In this document: positions 10,482 to 20,969 of the stretch, one piece after another
Layout of the letters: each line of letters opens with the position of its first letter
Numbering within the stretch: the stretch's first letter is position 1
From: an uncultured Clostridia bacterium
GTDB taxonomy: Bacteria; Bacillota; Clostridia; Christensenellales; DTU072
DNA: 64,000 nucleotides
Assembly (NCBI GenBank): GCA_944349655.1
Contig: CALVNL010000001.1
Span: forward strand, 119,795-183,794
Reading direction: 5' to 3'
Program-made: the position numbers and the translations under genes
Notes under the pieces: generated by a model
What the model was told of the DNA's origin: nothing
Seen by the model: only the letters and a program-made list of their open reading frames with translations
Database searches by the model: none

Positions 10482-11586
10482 CGCAAGCACTACCAGAACA
10501 GACGACGAATGTGCGGCAATCGCTCTTAAATATATGACCGAAAATTACTTCAATCCTTCGGCGCCTTATCACGTTTCGGTGGAACTATCCAACGAGATAA
10601 ACCGTAGCAGGGAAAATATTTTACGCTTACTGAAAGGAGAAGGCAAAATAATATTTACCGCAAGCGGCACGGAAAGCGACAATACCGCATTGTTCTGCAC
10701 CAAAAAGAAGCACGGAAGCCGCATAGTTATTTCCGACGCCGAACATCCTGCCGTCAGAAAGTGCGGTGAAAATCTGACTTCTCTCGGTTACGACGTAGTT
10801 TACGCTCCCGTAGACGAAGCTGGACGGGTTAAGACGGAAGAATTCCGTAAACTGATAAACGAGGAAACTTCACTTATATCGATAATGCACGTCAATAACG
10901 AAACGGGCGCGATAAACGATATAAAAACTTTGGTATCCATGGCAAAGAAAATCAATCCTTCGGTTATTTTTCATTCCGACGGTGTACAGGCGGCAGGGAA
11001 AATAAAAGTTAACCTTAAAGACTTAAACGTAGATTTATACTCATTCAGCGGTCACAAAATACACTCTCCGAAGGGGATCGCCGGTCTATATATAAAGAAA
11101 GGCGTCAACATCAAACCTTATCTCATAGGCGGCGGACAGGAATTTTCGCTGCGTTCGTCCACAGAAAACGTTCCTGGCATTATGGCGATTGAGCACGCTT
11201 TAAGTAAGCAAATTACCGCTATGGATTTCAATTTATCCAAGGTTTCCGATTTAAGAAATAAAATCATAAATAATTTGGATAACGAGAAATACAAACTTAT
11301 TTCCACGGGCGAATGTTCACCGTATATTATTATGATTGCGTTAAAAAAGGTAAGAGGGGAAGTTATGTTACATTCTCTTGAAAAATACGGAATATGCATA
11401 GGAACGGGAAGCGCTTGTTCAAGCAAAAAAATTGACAAAAAGGCTTCATTTGGCGCCTACCTTCCCGAAGAATACAAAAGAGGGCTGATAAGAGTAAGTT
11501 TATCGAGATTTAACGAAGAAAACGACATTGAGTGTTTTATAAATTCACTTAATTTAGAATACAATACATTGATTAAATACATTTAA
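10465..11586 (+). CDS. cysteine desulfurase (NifS/IscS family)
   Basis: Start moved to the ATG at 10465 (MIFLDNASTT) behind an AGAGAGG SD; PLP-lysine motif SFSGHKIHSPKG; followed by thiI. Confidence 0.9.
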   Translation: MIFLDNASTTRTDDECAAIALKYMTENYFNPSAPYHVSVELSNEINRSRENILRLLKGEGKIIFTASGTESDNTALFCTKKKHGSRIVISDAEHPAVRKCGENLTSLGYDVVYAPVDEAGRVKTEEFRKLINEETSLISIMHVNNETGAINDIKTLVSMAKKINPSVIFHSDGVQAAGKIKVNLKDLNVDLYSFSGHKIHSPKGIAGLYIKKGVNIKPYLIGGGQEFSLRSSTENVPGIMAIEHALSKQITAMDFNLSKVSDLRNKIINNLDNEKYKLISTGECSPYIIMIALKKVRGEVMLHSLEKYGICIGTGSACSSKKIDKKASFGAYLPEEYKRGLIRVSLSRFNEENDIECFINSLNLEYNTLIKYI

Positions 11587-11595
11587 GAGGTTAAA

Positions 11596-12759
11596 ATGGA
11601 ACACATAATTTTAATTAGAATAGGTGAAATCTTTTTGAAAGGGCATAATAGGAATTTCTTTACTTCCTTATTAAAAAACAATATTTGCGAAGCTTTGAAG
11701 GATATAAAATGCAAAGTCGTTTCCACACAAAACCGTATGTTTTGCGAAGGATATAATCAAGACGAAGAGGAAGAGATTATTTCAAGATTAACTACGGTTT
11801 TCGGCATTTACAATATAAGTCCCGCTGTAAAATTGGCTACGAATCTTGAAAAAATCGCTGAGCTTTGTTGCCGGCTTTTTCCGAAGGAGGGAGTTTTCAG
11901 AGTAACCGTAAACAGGGCCGATAAAAAAATTCCTTTATCGTCGATGGATATTGCCCGTAATATCGGAGCCGAAATGTTAAAAGACTCTTCTTACCGAACG
12001 GTTAATCTTTATAAATATGATTTTGAAGTGAACGTTGACATAAGAGAGAACGGTTATTCTTATATTTTCTATCGTAAAATTGCCTGCGAGGGAGGACTTC
12101 CCGTGGGATGCGGCGGAAACGGAATGCTGCTTCTCAGCGGCGGAATAGACAGTCCCGTGGCTGCTTTTTTGATGGCAAAACGCGGTGTAAAAATTAAAGC
12201 CGTACATTTTCACAGTTTTCCTTATACCAGCGAAATGGCTAAAGAAAAGGTCATTAAACTGGCAAAAATAGTCTCTTGTTACTGCGGACCTATCGAGCTT
12301 TCCGTCGTTCCGTTTACCGAAATTCAATACGCAATCAAAGAAAACTGTCCCATAGAATATATGATAACGATTATGCGCAGGTTTATGATGCGTATTGCCG
12401 AAAAATTGGCTTATGAAAAAAATTGCGGCGCAATCGTCACGGGGGAGAGTCTCGGACAGGTGGCTAGTCAGACTATGGAAAGCATTATGGTTACCAACAG
12501 CGTAGTTTCTCTTCCTGTATTCCGTCCGCTCATCGGTTTCGATAAATCGGAAATTATTGAAATTTCGCGTAAAATCGACGCATTTGAAACCAGTATATTG
12601 CCTTACGAGGATTGCTGCACTGTATTTTTACCGAAAAATCCCGTTATAAAGCCAAAACTGAATTATGCTTTGGAACTCGAGGTCCCTTTGGATATAGAGA
12701 AATTAGTCGATGACGCCATAGCCGGGACCGAAACGGTTATTTGTGACTTCAGGGAATGA
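11596..12759 (+). CDS. thiI: tRNA 4-thiouridine synthase ThiI (no rhodanese domain)
   Basis: 387 aa; THUMP-like N-terminus, PP-loop SGGIDSPVA; AGAGG SD. Confidence 0.92.
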   Translation: MEHIILIRIGEIFLKGHNRNFFTSLLKNNICEALKDIKCKVVSTQNRMFCEGYNQDEEEEIISRLTTVFGIYNISPAVKLATNLEKIAELCCRLFPKEGVFRVTVNRADKKIPLSSMDIARNIGAEMLKDSSYRTVNLYKYDFEVNVDIRENGYSYIFYRKIACEGGLPVGCGGNGMLLLSGGIDSPVAAFLMAKRGVKIKAVHFHSFPYTSEMAKEKVIKLAKIVSCYCGPIELSVVPFTEIQYAIKENCPIEYMITIMRRFMMRIAEKLAYEKNCGAIVTGESLGQVASQTMESIMVTNSVVSLPVFRPLIGFDKSEIIEISRKIDAFETSILPYEDCCTVFLPKNPVIKPKLNYALELEVPLDIEKLVDDAIAGTETVICDFRE

Positions 12760-12765
12760 TAACTA

Positions 12766-15015
12766 TCAGGTGATAACCGTTCGGATACCGTCTGTAGCTA
12801 TTTTTTTACCTTCGAAATAGACTTCCAGCGTATAAATATATATCCTGCTTCTTTCCACCTTGTCGCTGAAAGAAAGCACGGTTTTTTCCTTTTCGTCGCC
12901 GACAATCGAGGTATATATCAATTTTTCTTCTTCGGCTATGCCTTTTTTGAAAACTCTGTATTCGTATTGCGGATTACAAAGGAATTGAAGTGTAACTTCT
13001 CCGTCCGCATACTCGGCATTAAATATCTGTTCGGGCATAAGAAAGTAGGGAGAATATTCTTCGGGGGCGTTTTTTATACTGAAATTATAGCTTTTACGAT
13101 AATATGACGGGGTTAAAGGATTGACAAGGCAGACCTTTCCGTCATTTTCCCTGGCGTAAAGATCCGTTTCGAGTTCCACCACGTTGGCAGGTGCGGTCGT
13201 GATTTTTCTCTTTGTCTGATTGTAAGGCAATATTTTATAAACTTGCGCCGAAACCAATGCGGGGAGACCTCCTCCTGTTATCGAAATGTTGTTCTCGGAA
13301 GCGTAATTTTCTCCGCCGTACCAGGCGCATAAAGTAAAATTATCGTTGTAACTTACGCACCAGGCGTCGGAATTATACCCGTTAACGCCGTCCACGGTTC
13401 CCGTTTTTGCAGCTACGGCATAAGGCAGGCAGGAAAGTTTATTCGCGGTGCCGTCCTGAACGGTTTTTATTAGCATATCGGTCATAAGAAAGGCGGCGTC
13501 TTCGTTCATTATCTTTTCGTTAAGATCGTTTTTGCGGTAAAGTATACGGTTTTTTTCGTCTCGGATTTCTTTTATAAAGCCGCATTCGGTATGATAACCT
13601 CCGTTTGCAAGGCAGAGATAGGCTTCGCATAACTCCACGGGTGTGGTTCCTTTAGTCATTCCGCCCAGACTTAAAGCAAGATTACTGTCCTCTTTTTCGG
13701 TCGTTATCCCTGCTTTATTGATAAAATCCAGGCAATAATCCCGATTCATTTTATTATATATTTCCACGGCGACGGTATTTATGGATCTTTTCACGGCAGT
13801 TTCCACGTCGGTGAGTCCTATATAAACGTCCCCGTAATTTTTAGGGGAGTAACCCGAAAAATTTTTCGGTTCGTCCACGACTATATCCGCAGGGGTTATA
13901 ACGTAACTGTTCAAGGCGGGAGCGTAAACGGCTATCGGTTTTATAGCCGAACCCGGTTGCCTTCGCAAGGAAAACACGTCGTATTTCTTGTTGGAAAAAT
14001 AAGCGCTTATTCCTCCTGTTTTGTTGTCGGCAATCGTTATCGAAGTGTAAGCGGTTTGTCCGTTTACGCACTGAGTGTAAAATTCTCCGCTCGATATAAG
14101 GGAAGTCAGTTTGTCCTGTATGACAGGGTCGTAATACGTATAAATTTTGTATGGAGACTTGATAAGTTCGGTTTCGCTTATACCGAGTTCGTCGGAAGCC
14201 TGACTGATTACGTTTCCGAAATACGGAGAATAATCGTCGTTTTCGGGTTTAATATATACGTAATTTTTTGCTTGCTCGTATTCTGTTTCGGAAATGTAAT
14301 CTTGCTCGTACATAAGTTTAAGTACGAGATTCATACGTTCTTTTGCCTTTTCGGGATTATTGACGGGGGAGTAGTTCTGGGGACTTTTGACTATTCCTGC
14401 CAAAATTGCGCTTTCGGCTATTCCTACTTCCGAGGGTTTCTTATCGAAATAGTATTTGCAGGCGCTGTCTATTCCGTAAACTCCGTTCCCGAAATAGATG
14501 GCATTGAGATACATTTCCAGAATTTCTTCCTTGGAATAATTCTTTTCGATGTCTTTGGCAAGTTTCATTTCCTTGATTTTTCTGACGATGGTTTTTTCCG
14601 AAGAAAGCATGGTATTCTTGGCGAGTTGCTGAGTTATAGTCGAACCGCCTTCCTTGTATCCGCCCGCTTTAATGTTTTTAACAAGCGCACCCGCAGTACG
14701 GTAATAATCGACTCCGTGATGATTAAAGAATCTTTTATCTTCCAGCGCAACGAACGAGTTTATGATATCCGTGCCTATATCCTCGTATTTGACGTATCGC
14801 GAAAGGGTGGAGTATTCGGTAATTTTACCGCTGCTGTCGTAAAAAACCACCTGAGCTCGTTCGGCAATAACCGCTTCTGCGTCGAGTTTTACCGAAAAAT
14901 ATATGCTCGCAAAAACCGTTGCCGCAATTATCGCGACAGCCAACAAGACAAAAAAGCATATAAGCAACAATTTTTTTCCTTTCACGGCTTTTTTCATAAC
15001 GGTAGTATGCTTCAA
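12766..15015 (-). CDS. class A penicillin-binding protein (transglycosylase/transpeptidase, PBP1A type)
   Basis: 749 aa; N-terminal TM, GT51 motifs EDKRFFNHHGVD and GGSTITQQ, transpeptidase SAIKP and KTGT; start uncertain (TTG at 15015 or ATG at 14997). Confidence 0.92.
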   Translation of the reverse strand: MKHTTVMKKAVKGKKLLLICFFVLLAVAIIAATVFASIYFSVKLDAEAVIAERAQVVFYDSSGKITEYSTLSRYVKYEDIGTDIINSFVALEDKRFFNHHGVDYYRTAGALVKNIKAGGYKEGGSTITQQLAKNTMLSSEKTIVRKIKEMKLAKDIEKNYSKEEILEMYLNAIYFGNGVYGIDSACKYYFDKKPSEVGIAESAILAGIVKSPQNYSPVNNPEKAKERMNLVLKLMYEQDYISETEYEQAKNYVYIKPENDDYSPYFGNVISQASDELGISETELIKSPYKIYTYYDPVIQDKLTSLISSGEFYTQCVNGQTAYTSITIADNKTGGISAYFSNKKYDVFSLRRQPGSAIKPIAVYAPALNSYVITPADIVVDEPKNFSGYSPKNYGDVYIGLTDVETAVKRSINTVAVEIYNKMNRDYCLDFINKAGITTEKEDSNLALSLGGMTKGTTPVELCEAYLCLANGGYHTECGFIKEIRDEKNRILYRKNDLNEKIMNEDAAFLMTDMLIKTVQDGTANKLSCLPYAVAAKTGTVDGVNGYNSDAWCVSYNDNFTLCAWYGGENYASENNISITGGGLPALVSAQVYKILPYNQTKRKITTAPANVVELETDLYARENDGKVCLVNPLTPSYYRKSYNFSIKNAPEEYSPYFLMPEQIFNAEYADGEVTLQFLCNPQYEYRVFKKGIAEEEKLIYTSIVGDEKEKTVLSFSDKVERSRIYIYTLEVYFEGKKIATDGIRTVIT

Positions 15016-15051
15016 GCCGATATAAATATTTATTTTCGGAAGAAATTTAAC

Positions 15052-15081
15052 TTGCGTTGAAACCTCTGCCTAATGTATAAT
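15052..15081 (+). promoter_or_regulatory. candidate sigma-A promoter for miaB (possibly a leaderless transcript)
   Basis: TTGCGT (15052-15057), 18-nt spacer, TATAAT (15076-15081); the ATG at 15089 is 7 nt after the -10, there is no SD, and an in-frame TAA lies at 15071. Confidence 0.45.
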
Positions 15082-15088
15082 ATTCGGT

Positions 15089-16402
15089 ATGAATAAGTTA
15101 TATTATATAAATACTTACGGCTGTCAGATGAACGTACACGAGTCTGAGAAAATAGCCGGAATACTGCGAGAATGCGGTTACAGCGAGGCAGCAACAGAAG
15201 AAGAAGCCGATTTGATCGTATTCAATACCTGTTGTATAAGGGATACCGCCGAGAAAAAGATATTCGGAAATATCGGCGACGTCAAAAAGTACAAAAAGAA
15301 CAATCCTTCTCTTATTGTGGCGGTAGTGGGTTGTATGTCCCAGCAATCGGGATATTCCGAAAAAATCAAAAAGTCTTATCCTTTCGTAAATATCGTTTTG
15401 GGGACAAGCAATCTGCCGGAATTAGCCGAAGCGGTAAAAAACGTGGAAAGTAAATTAAATAAATCTTTTATCAGCGTTCCCTGCAACGAACGACCGCAGA
15501 TAAAGGAGGATATTCCCGTATATCGCACCAGCGGAACAAACGCCTGGGTAAACATTATGTACGGCTGCGACAATTTCTGTTCTTATTGCATTGTTCCTTA
15601 CGTCAGAGGGAGAGAACGCAGTCGGGATATAGAAAACATAACCGACGAAATAAAGAGTTTACTCGATGAAGGTTATAAGGAAATAACTTTACTCGGTCAG
15701 AACGTGGACAGTTACCGTTTCGAAAATTTCCGTTTTGTCGATATACTGGAAAGAATTGCTCGCATAGAAGGGAAATTCAGAGTCAGATTTATGTCTTCGC
15801 ACCCTAAAGACTTCAACTCCGAAGTAATAGACGTCATTCGTTCCTGTCCGAATATCTGCAACAATATACATTTACCCGTTCAGTCCGGCAGCGACAGAAT
15901 TTTGTCTTTAATGAATCGTCGTTACACAAGAGCGCAATATTTGGATATTATTTCGGAAATTCGTGAAAAAATACCCGATTGCGGCATTACTACAGACATA
16001 ATGACAGGTTTTCCAACCGAAACGGAAGAGGATTTTGCCGACACGTTGGATTTGGTAAAAAAAGTCGGGTTTTCAAATGCCTTTACCTTCGTTTATTCTC
16101 CGAGGAAAGGAACCGTCGCCGCAGAAATGGAACAGTTACCTTCCGAGGTCAAAAAACGCAGAATAACAGAGCTAGTCAATCTCCAGAACGAAATAACAAA
16201 GCGTCTGAGTCTCGATTATATAGGAAAAACCGAGGAAGTTCTCGTAGAAGACCGCCATCCTAAATTAAAAAATCATTATTGCGGAAGAACGGACAGCGGA
16301 CGACTTGTAAATTTCTCCGGCGAATGCGCCATAGGCGAATTCGTTAAAGTGAAGGTTACTTCTTCGAAATCAGCGTCTTTATGGGGGGAATACGATGGCT
16401 AA
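15089..16402 (+). CDS. miaB: tRNA-i6A37 methylthiotransferase MiaB
   Basis: 437 aa; YINTYGCQMN UPF0004 domain, radical-SAM CDNFCSYC, C-terminal TRAM. Confidence 0.93.
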   Translation: MNKLYYINTYGCQMNVHESEKIAGILRECGYSEAATEEEADLIVFNTCCIRDTAEKKIFGNIGDVKKYKKNNPSLIVAVVGCMSQQSGYSEKIKKSYPFVNIVLGTSNLPELAEAVKNVESKLNKSFISVPCNERPQIKEDIPVYRTSGTNAWVNIMYGCDNFCSYCIVPYVRGRERSRDIENITDEIKSLLDEGYKEITLLGQNVDSYRFENFRFVDILERIARIEGKFRVRFMSSHPKDFNSEVIDVIRSCPNICNNIHLPVQSGSDRILSLMNRRYTRAQYLDIISEIREKIPDCGITTDIMTGFPTETEEDFADTLDLVKKVGFSNAFTFVYSPRKGTVAAEMEQLPSEVKKRRITELVNLQNEITKRLSLDYIGKTEEVLVEDRHPKLKNHYCGRTDSGRLVNFSGECAIGEFVKVKVTSSKSASLWGEYDG

Positions 16403-19031
16403 AGCGGTAAAGTTGTCACCGATGATGGCTCATTACAAGGAATTAAAGAAAAAATATTCCGATACCATACTTCTGTATCGTCTCGGGGATTTTTACGAAA
16501 TGTTTTTCGACGACGCAAAGACAGCCAGCAAAATTCTCGACCTTACTCTTACGGGCAGGGATTGCGGCTTGGAGGAAAGAGCTCCTATGTGCGGAGTGCC
16601 TTATCACGCCGTCGATAACTATGTGACAAGACTTCTTAACGCCGGCTTAAAAGTGGCTATATGCGAACAGTTGACTAATCCCGGAGATCAAAAAGGAATG
16701 GTAAAAAGGGACGTGGTCAGAGTAATTACTCCCGGCACGAACACGAACGAAGAAATGCTGGACGCTACGGTAAATCATTATCTGTGTTCGGTAGCCGGAT
16801 TCAAAAAGGATTACGCTGTCGGCTTGCTCGATATAGTAACGGGAGAATTTTCGGTAAGAAGTTTCCCTGAAAGCGTCCTTTCCGACGTTGAAGATTATCT
16901 TTTGAGCAATGCGCCGTCGGAAATAATATCGGATTCCGCAACCGCAGCCGAGGGGCGTTTGCTAAATTCCGTGATAAGCGAAAAAATCGTTAAATTTACG
17001 CCTTATTACGACTATGCGTTTGATTTTGACAACGCTTGCGCAATGCTGAAAAAGCATTTCGGCGTATTCGATATGGACGCGCTGGATCTTGCCGACAAAA
17101 AAGCCGCCGTATGTGCGGCAGGCGGAATTATCGATTACGTTTACAATACGCAGAAACGTTCTCTCGGACATATAAAAAACTTGTCCGTTGTCGGCGACAA
17201 AAACGTAATGACGATAGATTACAACACGAGAAAAAATCTCGAACTTACCGAATCGCAAGCCGATAACAAAAAAGCGGGAAGTCTTCTTTGGGTTTTGGAT
17301 AAAACCAAAACGGGAATGGGGGCAAGGCTGCTGCGCCACTGGGTACTTAACCCTTTGACTTCGGCGGAAGCTATCGAGGAAAGACAACAAGCCGTAGGAG
17401 AACTTATAAAAAACGCCTCGGTCAGAAGCAGTATCGGTTCGCTTTTGTCGGAAGTACGTGACTTGGAAAGACTTGTCACAAAGATTTCTTACGGGACCAT
17501 ATTGCCGAGGGACTGCCTATCGTTGAGCGCTTCTTTGAAAATTATACCTTTTCTTAAACAGGCGTTATCCAAACTGAAAGCTCCGTTAATCAATACTTTT
17601 AATGAGAAATTAGGGGATTTTTCCTATATAACCGATATTCTCGACAGCGCAATCGACGTTGATTGTCCTGCCACGACCAAGGACGGCGGTTATATAAAAA
17701 ATAATTTCAACGAAGAACTGGATAGCGCCAGAGCTTTGAAAAACGGTGCAAAACAACTAATCGATAAATTTGAAGAAGATCAGAGAGTTTTAACGGGCGT
17801 TGCGGCGTTAAAGGTAAGATATAACCGTATTTTCGGTTATTACATAGAAATTCCCAACAGTAAGAAACCCGATCGTCTCCCTGCCGATTATATGCGTAAA
17901 CAAACAATTGCCAACGGAGAAAGATACGTCAACGACGAGCTTATGCGTTTGGAAAAAGAAATCCTCGGTTCTTCCGACAAAATTCTGGAACTCGAAGAAG
18001 CCATTTACACGGAATTAAAAACTTTCCTTGCGTCAAATACCGCAAAAATTCAGCTTGCCGCGGAAATAATCGCCAATACCGACTGTCTGTACTCTTTGGC
18101 GGAAGTTGCCTATACCAACAACTACGTCCGTCCGAAATTCTTAAAAAACAGCAAAGTTCTGCACATACAGGACGGCAGACATCCCGTGGTAGAGAAATTG
18201 CTTAACGCAAACGATTTTGTGGCAAACGACCTTACTTTGGATAAAGAGGACACCGCTATAATTATTACAGGTCCGAATATGGCGGGCAAAAGTACTTATA
18301 TCCGACAAGTCGCTTTACTTGCGTTGATGGCGCATATAGGTAGTTTTGTACCTGCGGCAAAAATGGAACTCGGTTTGATAGACAGGATTTTTACCCGAGT
18401 AGGCGCAAGCGACAATCTTTCCCGAGGACAAAGCACTTTTATGGTGGAAATGTTGGAAATGGCTAATATCCTTAACAACGCCACTTCCTCCAGTTTGCTT
18501 ATACTCGACGAAATAGGGAGAGGCACCTCCACTTTGGACGGTTTAAGCATCGCGTGGGCTATAGTGGAATATCTGGTTATAAAAACCAAGGCAAAGACCC
18601 TTTTTGCAACGCACTATCACGAATTGACGGAATTGGAAAAATTATTGCCGGGAATTAAGAATTACCGTATCCTCGTTCACGAACAGGACGACGGAATTTC
18701 CTTTCTTTATAAAATAGCCCGAGGCGGAGCAAATAAAAGTTTCGGTATAGAAGTTGCAAAAATCGCAGGTATAAACGACGACGTTATCAAACGATCCAAG
18801 GATATTCTGAACGTATTGAGCGCCACCCACGAATTAAAGGGAGACGTAGGATTAGTTATGAGCGAACTTGCCGAGAACAGTTCCGTTCAAGGTAAACAGA
18901 TGACGTTTTTTGCCGAAGACGAACGTTTTACCGAAATTAAAAACGTATTGAACGCAACGGACGTCAATCGTTGTACCCCCATCGAGGCTTTAACCATACT
19001 CAGCGATCTGAAAAAAATAATAAAAAAATAG
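16395..19031 (+). CDS. mutS: DNA mismatch repair protein MutS
   Basis: 878 aa; GDFYEMFFDDA mismatch-binding N-terminus, Walker A GPNMAGKST, DEIGRGTST. Confidence 0.96.
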   Translation: MAKAVKLSPMMAHYKELKKKYSDTILLYRLGDFYEMFFDDAKTASKILDLTLTGRDCGLEERAPMCGVPYHAVDNYVTRLLNAGLKVAICEQLTNPGDQKGMVKRDVVRVITPGTNTNEEMLDATVNHYLCSVAGFKKDYAVGLLDIVTGEFSVRSFPESVLSDVEDYLLSNAPSEIISDSATAAEGRLLNSVISEKIVKFTPYYDYAFDFDNACAMLKKHFGVFDMDALDLADKKAAVCAAGGIIDYVYNTQKRSLGHIKNLSVVGDKNVMTIDYNTRKNLELTESQADNKKAGSLLWVLDKTKTGMGARLLRHWVLNPLTSAEAIEERQQAVGELIKNASVRSSIGSLLSEVRDLERLVTKISYGTILPRDCLSLSASLKIIPFLKQALSKLKAPLINTFNEKLGDFSYITDILDSAIDVDCPATTKDGGYIKNNFNEELDSARALKNGAKQLIDKFEEDQRVLTGVAALKVRYNRIFGYYIEIPNSKKPDRLPADYMRKQTIANGERYVNDELMRLEKEILGSSDKILELEEAIYTELKTFLASNTAKIQLAAEIIANTDCLYSLAEVAYTNNYVRPKFLKNSKVLHIQDGRHPVVEKLLNANDFVANDLTLDKEDTAIIITGPNMAGKSTYIRQVALLALMAHIGSFVPAAKMELGLIDRIFTRVGASDNLSRGQSTFMVEMLEMANILNNATSSSLLILDEIGRGTSTLDGLSIAWAIVEYLVIKTKAKTLFATHYHELTELEKLLPGIKNYRILVHEQDDGISFLYKIARGGANKSFGIEVAKIAGINDDVIKRSKDILNVLSATHELKGDVGLVMSELAENSSVQGKQMTFFAEDERFTEIKNVLNATDVNRCTPIEALTILSDLKKIIKK

Positions 19032-19034
19032 CCT

Positions 19035-20969
19035 ATGCCTAAAATAAATTTACTCGACAAAACAGTATATAATCGAATTTCCGCAGGAGAAGTCGTGGAA
19101 AATCCCGCTTCCGTAGTGAAAGAACTGGTAGAAAACAGTATCGACGCAGGTGCGGATTCGATAACCGTAAGCATAGAAAACGGCGGTATAAAAAGCATTA
19201 CCGTGAACGATAACGGTTGCGGTATGGAAAAAGAGGATCTCGATCTTTCCATACTTCCGCACGCAACGAGTAAAATTAGCGCAGCGGAAGAACTGGATAC
19301 CGTTTCCACATTGGGTTTCAGAGGCGAAGCCCTCGCCAGTATTGCCGCAGTCAGCGAATTTACATTAAAAAGCCGTTACTTCGAATCGGATATAGCCTAT
19401 AGTTTGGAAGTAAAAGGCGGAGAGAAGGTTTCGCTGAACGCCTGCGCATTGAATTGCGGCACTTCCGTTAGCGTAAAAAGTCTTTTTTTCAACACGCCTG
19501 CAAGATATAAATTTCTGAAGAACACAAAAGGAGAAGAAAACTCCGTAACAGCGCTTATGGCGGAACTTATATTAGCCAATACTGACATATCTTTCCGTTA
19601 CGACGCAGACGGGAAAACGGTATATCGGACTAACGGCGAAGGCTTGGAAGAAGCAATATTCGCCATTTACGGCCCGCAGGTAGGAAACAGTCTTATCCCC
19701 GTAGATTTATCCGATAAAAAAATCAGAATAACAGGTTTTACCGCGCAACCCGCTACCGACGCTATTAAAAATAACAGAAAAAATCAAACTTTTATCATCA
19801 ACGGCAGAATCATCGACGAAGCAGCTTTTTCTGCGGTAATTCAGAACGCTTACGGGGAAAGATTGATGAAACGAACTTTTCCTACGGTCGTACTGGACAT
19901 AATTATGCCTTTCGACGAAGTTGACGTAAACGTTCATCCGAACAAGAGAGAAGTGCGTTTTGCCAATCCTAACGTCATAAACGGTCTCATATACCACGCA
20001 ATAAAAAAAGCTCTGGAAAATTACGAAGCCGTTGCCGCCGAAAAACTGAATTCCGTTTTCGGCATAAAATCATCCGACCTTTCTTTTTCTTCGGGAAAAA
20101 ATATTTTTTCAGGGTCAAGCGAAATCCTCGAAACCGTAAATACCGTAAAAGATAGCGAAAAACCTGACGATAAATCGGTTTTCAAATATCTTTTCGGAAG
20201 CAAAAAACAATCGGCGGAAACCGAGGAAGGTTATCCAAAAGTTTATAATTCCGAAAAAACAGATAAAAATAATAGTATAGTGACCAATAACTCTGTTTTA
20301 ACGGAAAAAATACCGAATAATACCGATTTACCAAGAAATAACTTACTCGTTTTTAACGATCCGATGAGAGAAAAGTCCTTCTACGATGAAGTATCGTCCT
20401 CTCAATACAGAATTGTGGGACAGGTTTTTTCCACTTACCTTTTAGCTGAAATCGGTGAAGATCTTTATTTTATCGACCAACACGCCGCACACGAAAGAAT
20501 AATTTTCGACAAGTTGCTTGCGCAAAGCGAAAAAAACGTAGCCGTGCAGGATCTTATCATCCCTTTTGCTTACCGAGCTGAGGAAAACTCGGTTGAATAT
20601 TTGAAAAATATCAGGGACGATTTTGCAAAACTCGGATTTAATTTGGATTTTACCGACGGTTACGTTTACCTCAAAAGTATTCCGGCATTCCTCGATAACC
20701 TGGATTATAATGCTTTTCTGTCGGAAATAGTACTTTATAATAAAAAATTAGACAGCTTTGCTTCTTCGGAAACGATTAAGGATATAATAGCTCGTACCGC
20801 GTGTCGCCGCGCCATAAAAGGCGGAAGGGGGTTGTCGGAGGAAGAAATAAAAACCGTCCTTGACTTTTTCTTTGAAAAAGGAGTTCCGATGCAATGTCCT
20901 CACGGCAGACCGACTTTGATAAAACTCACAAAAAGAGAAATCGAAAAAATGTTCGGGAGAAAAATCTGA
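19035..20969 (+). CDS. mutL: DNA mismatch repair protein MutL
   Basis: 644 aa; GHKL ATPase motifs (ISAGEVVENPASVVKELVENSIDAG, GFRGEAL), endonuclease motif DQHAAHERI. Confidence 0.95.
   Translation: MPKINLLDKTVYNRISAGEVVENPASVVKELVENSIDAGADSITVSIENGGIKSITVNDNGCGMEKEDLDLSILPHATSKISAAEELDTVSTLGFRGEALASIAAVSEFTLKSRYFESDIAYSLEVKGGEKVSLNACALNCGTSVSVKSLFFNTPARYKFLKNTKGEENSVTALMAELILANTDISFRYDADGKTVYRTNGEGLEEAIFAIYGPQVGNSLIPVDLSDKKIRITGFTAQPATDAIKNNRKNQTFIINGRIIDEAAFSAVIQNAYGERLMKRTFPTVVLDIIMPFDEVDVNVHPNKREVRFANPNVINGLIYHAIKKALENYEAVAAEKLNSVFGIKSSDLSFSSGKNIFSGSSEILETVNTVKDSEKPDDKSVFKYLFGSKKQSAETEEGYPKVYNSEKTDKNNSIVTNNSVLTEKIPNNTDLPRNNLLVFNDPMREKSFYDEVSSSQYRIVGQVFSTYLLAEIGEDLYFIDQHAAHERIIFDKLLAQSEKNVAVQDLIIPFAYRAEENSVEYLKNIRDDFAKLGFNLDFTDGYVYLKSIPAFLDNLDYNAFLSEIVLYNKKLDSFASSETIKDIIARTACRRAIKGGRGLSEEEIKTVLDFFFEKGVPMQCPHGRPTLIKLTKREIEKMFGRKI

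Noticed and set aside
13957-15060. 367-aa ORF on the + strand
   Set aside because: It is entirely antisense to the PBP1A gene, which carries all the GT51 and transpeptidase motifs. The translation is Phe/Val/Arg-rich with no motifs. This is a typical shadow ORF in AT-rich DNA.
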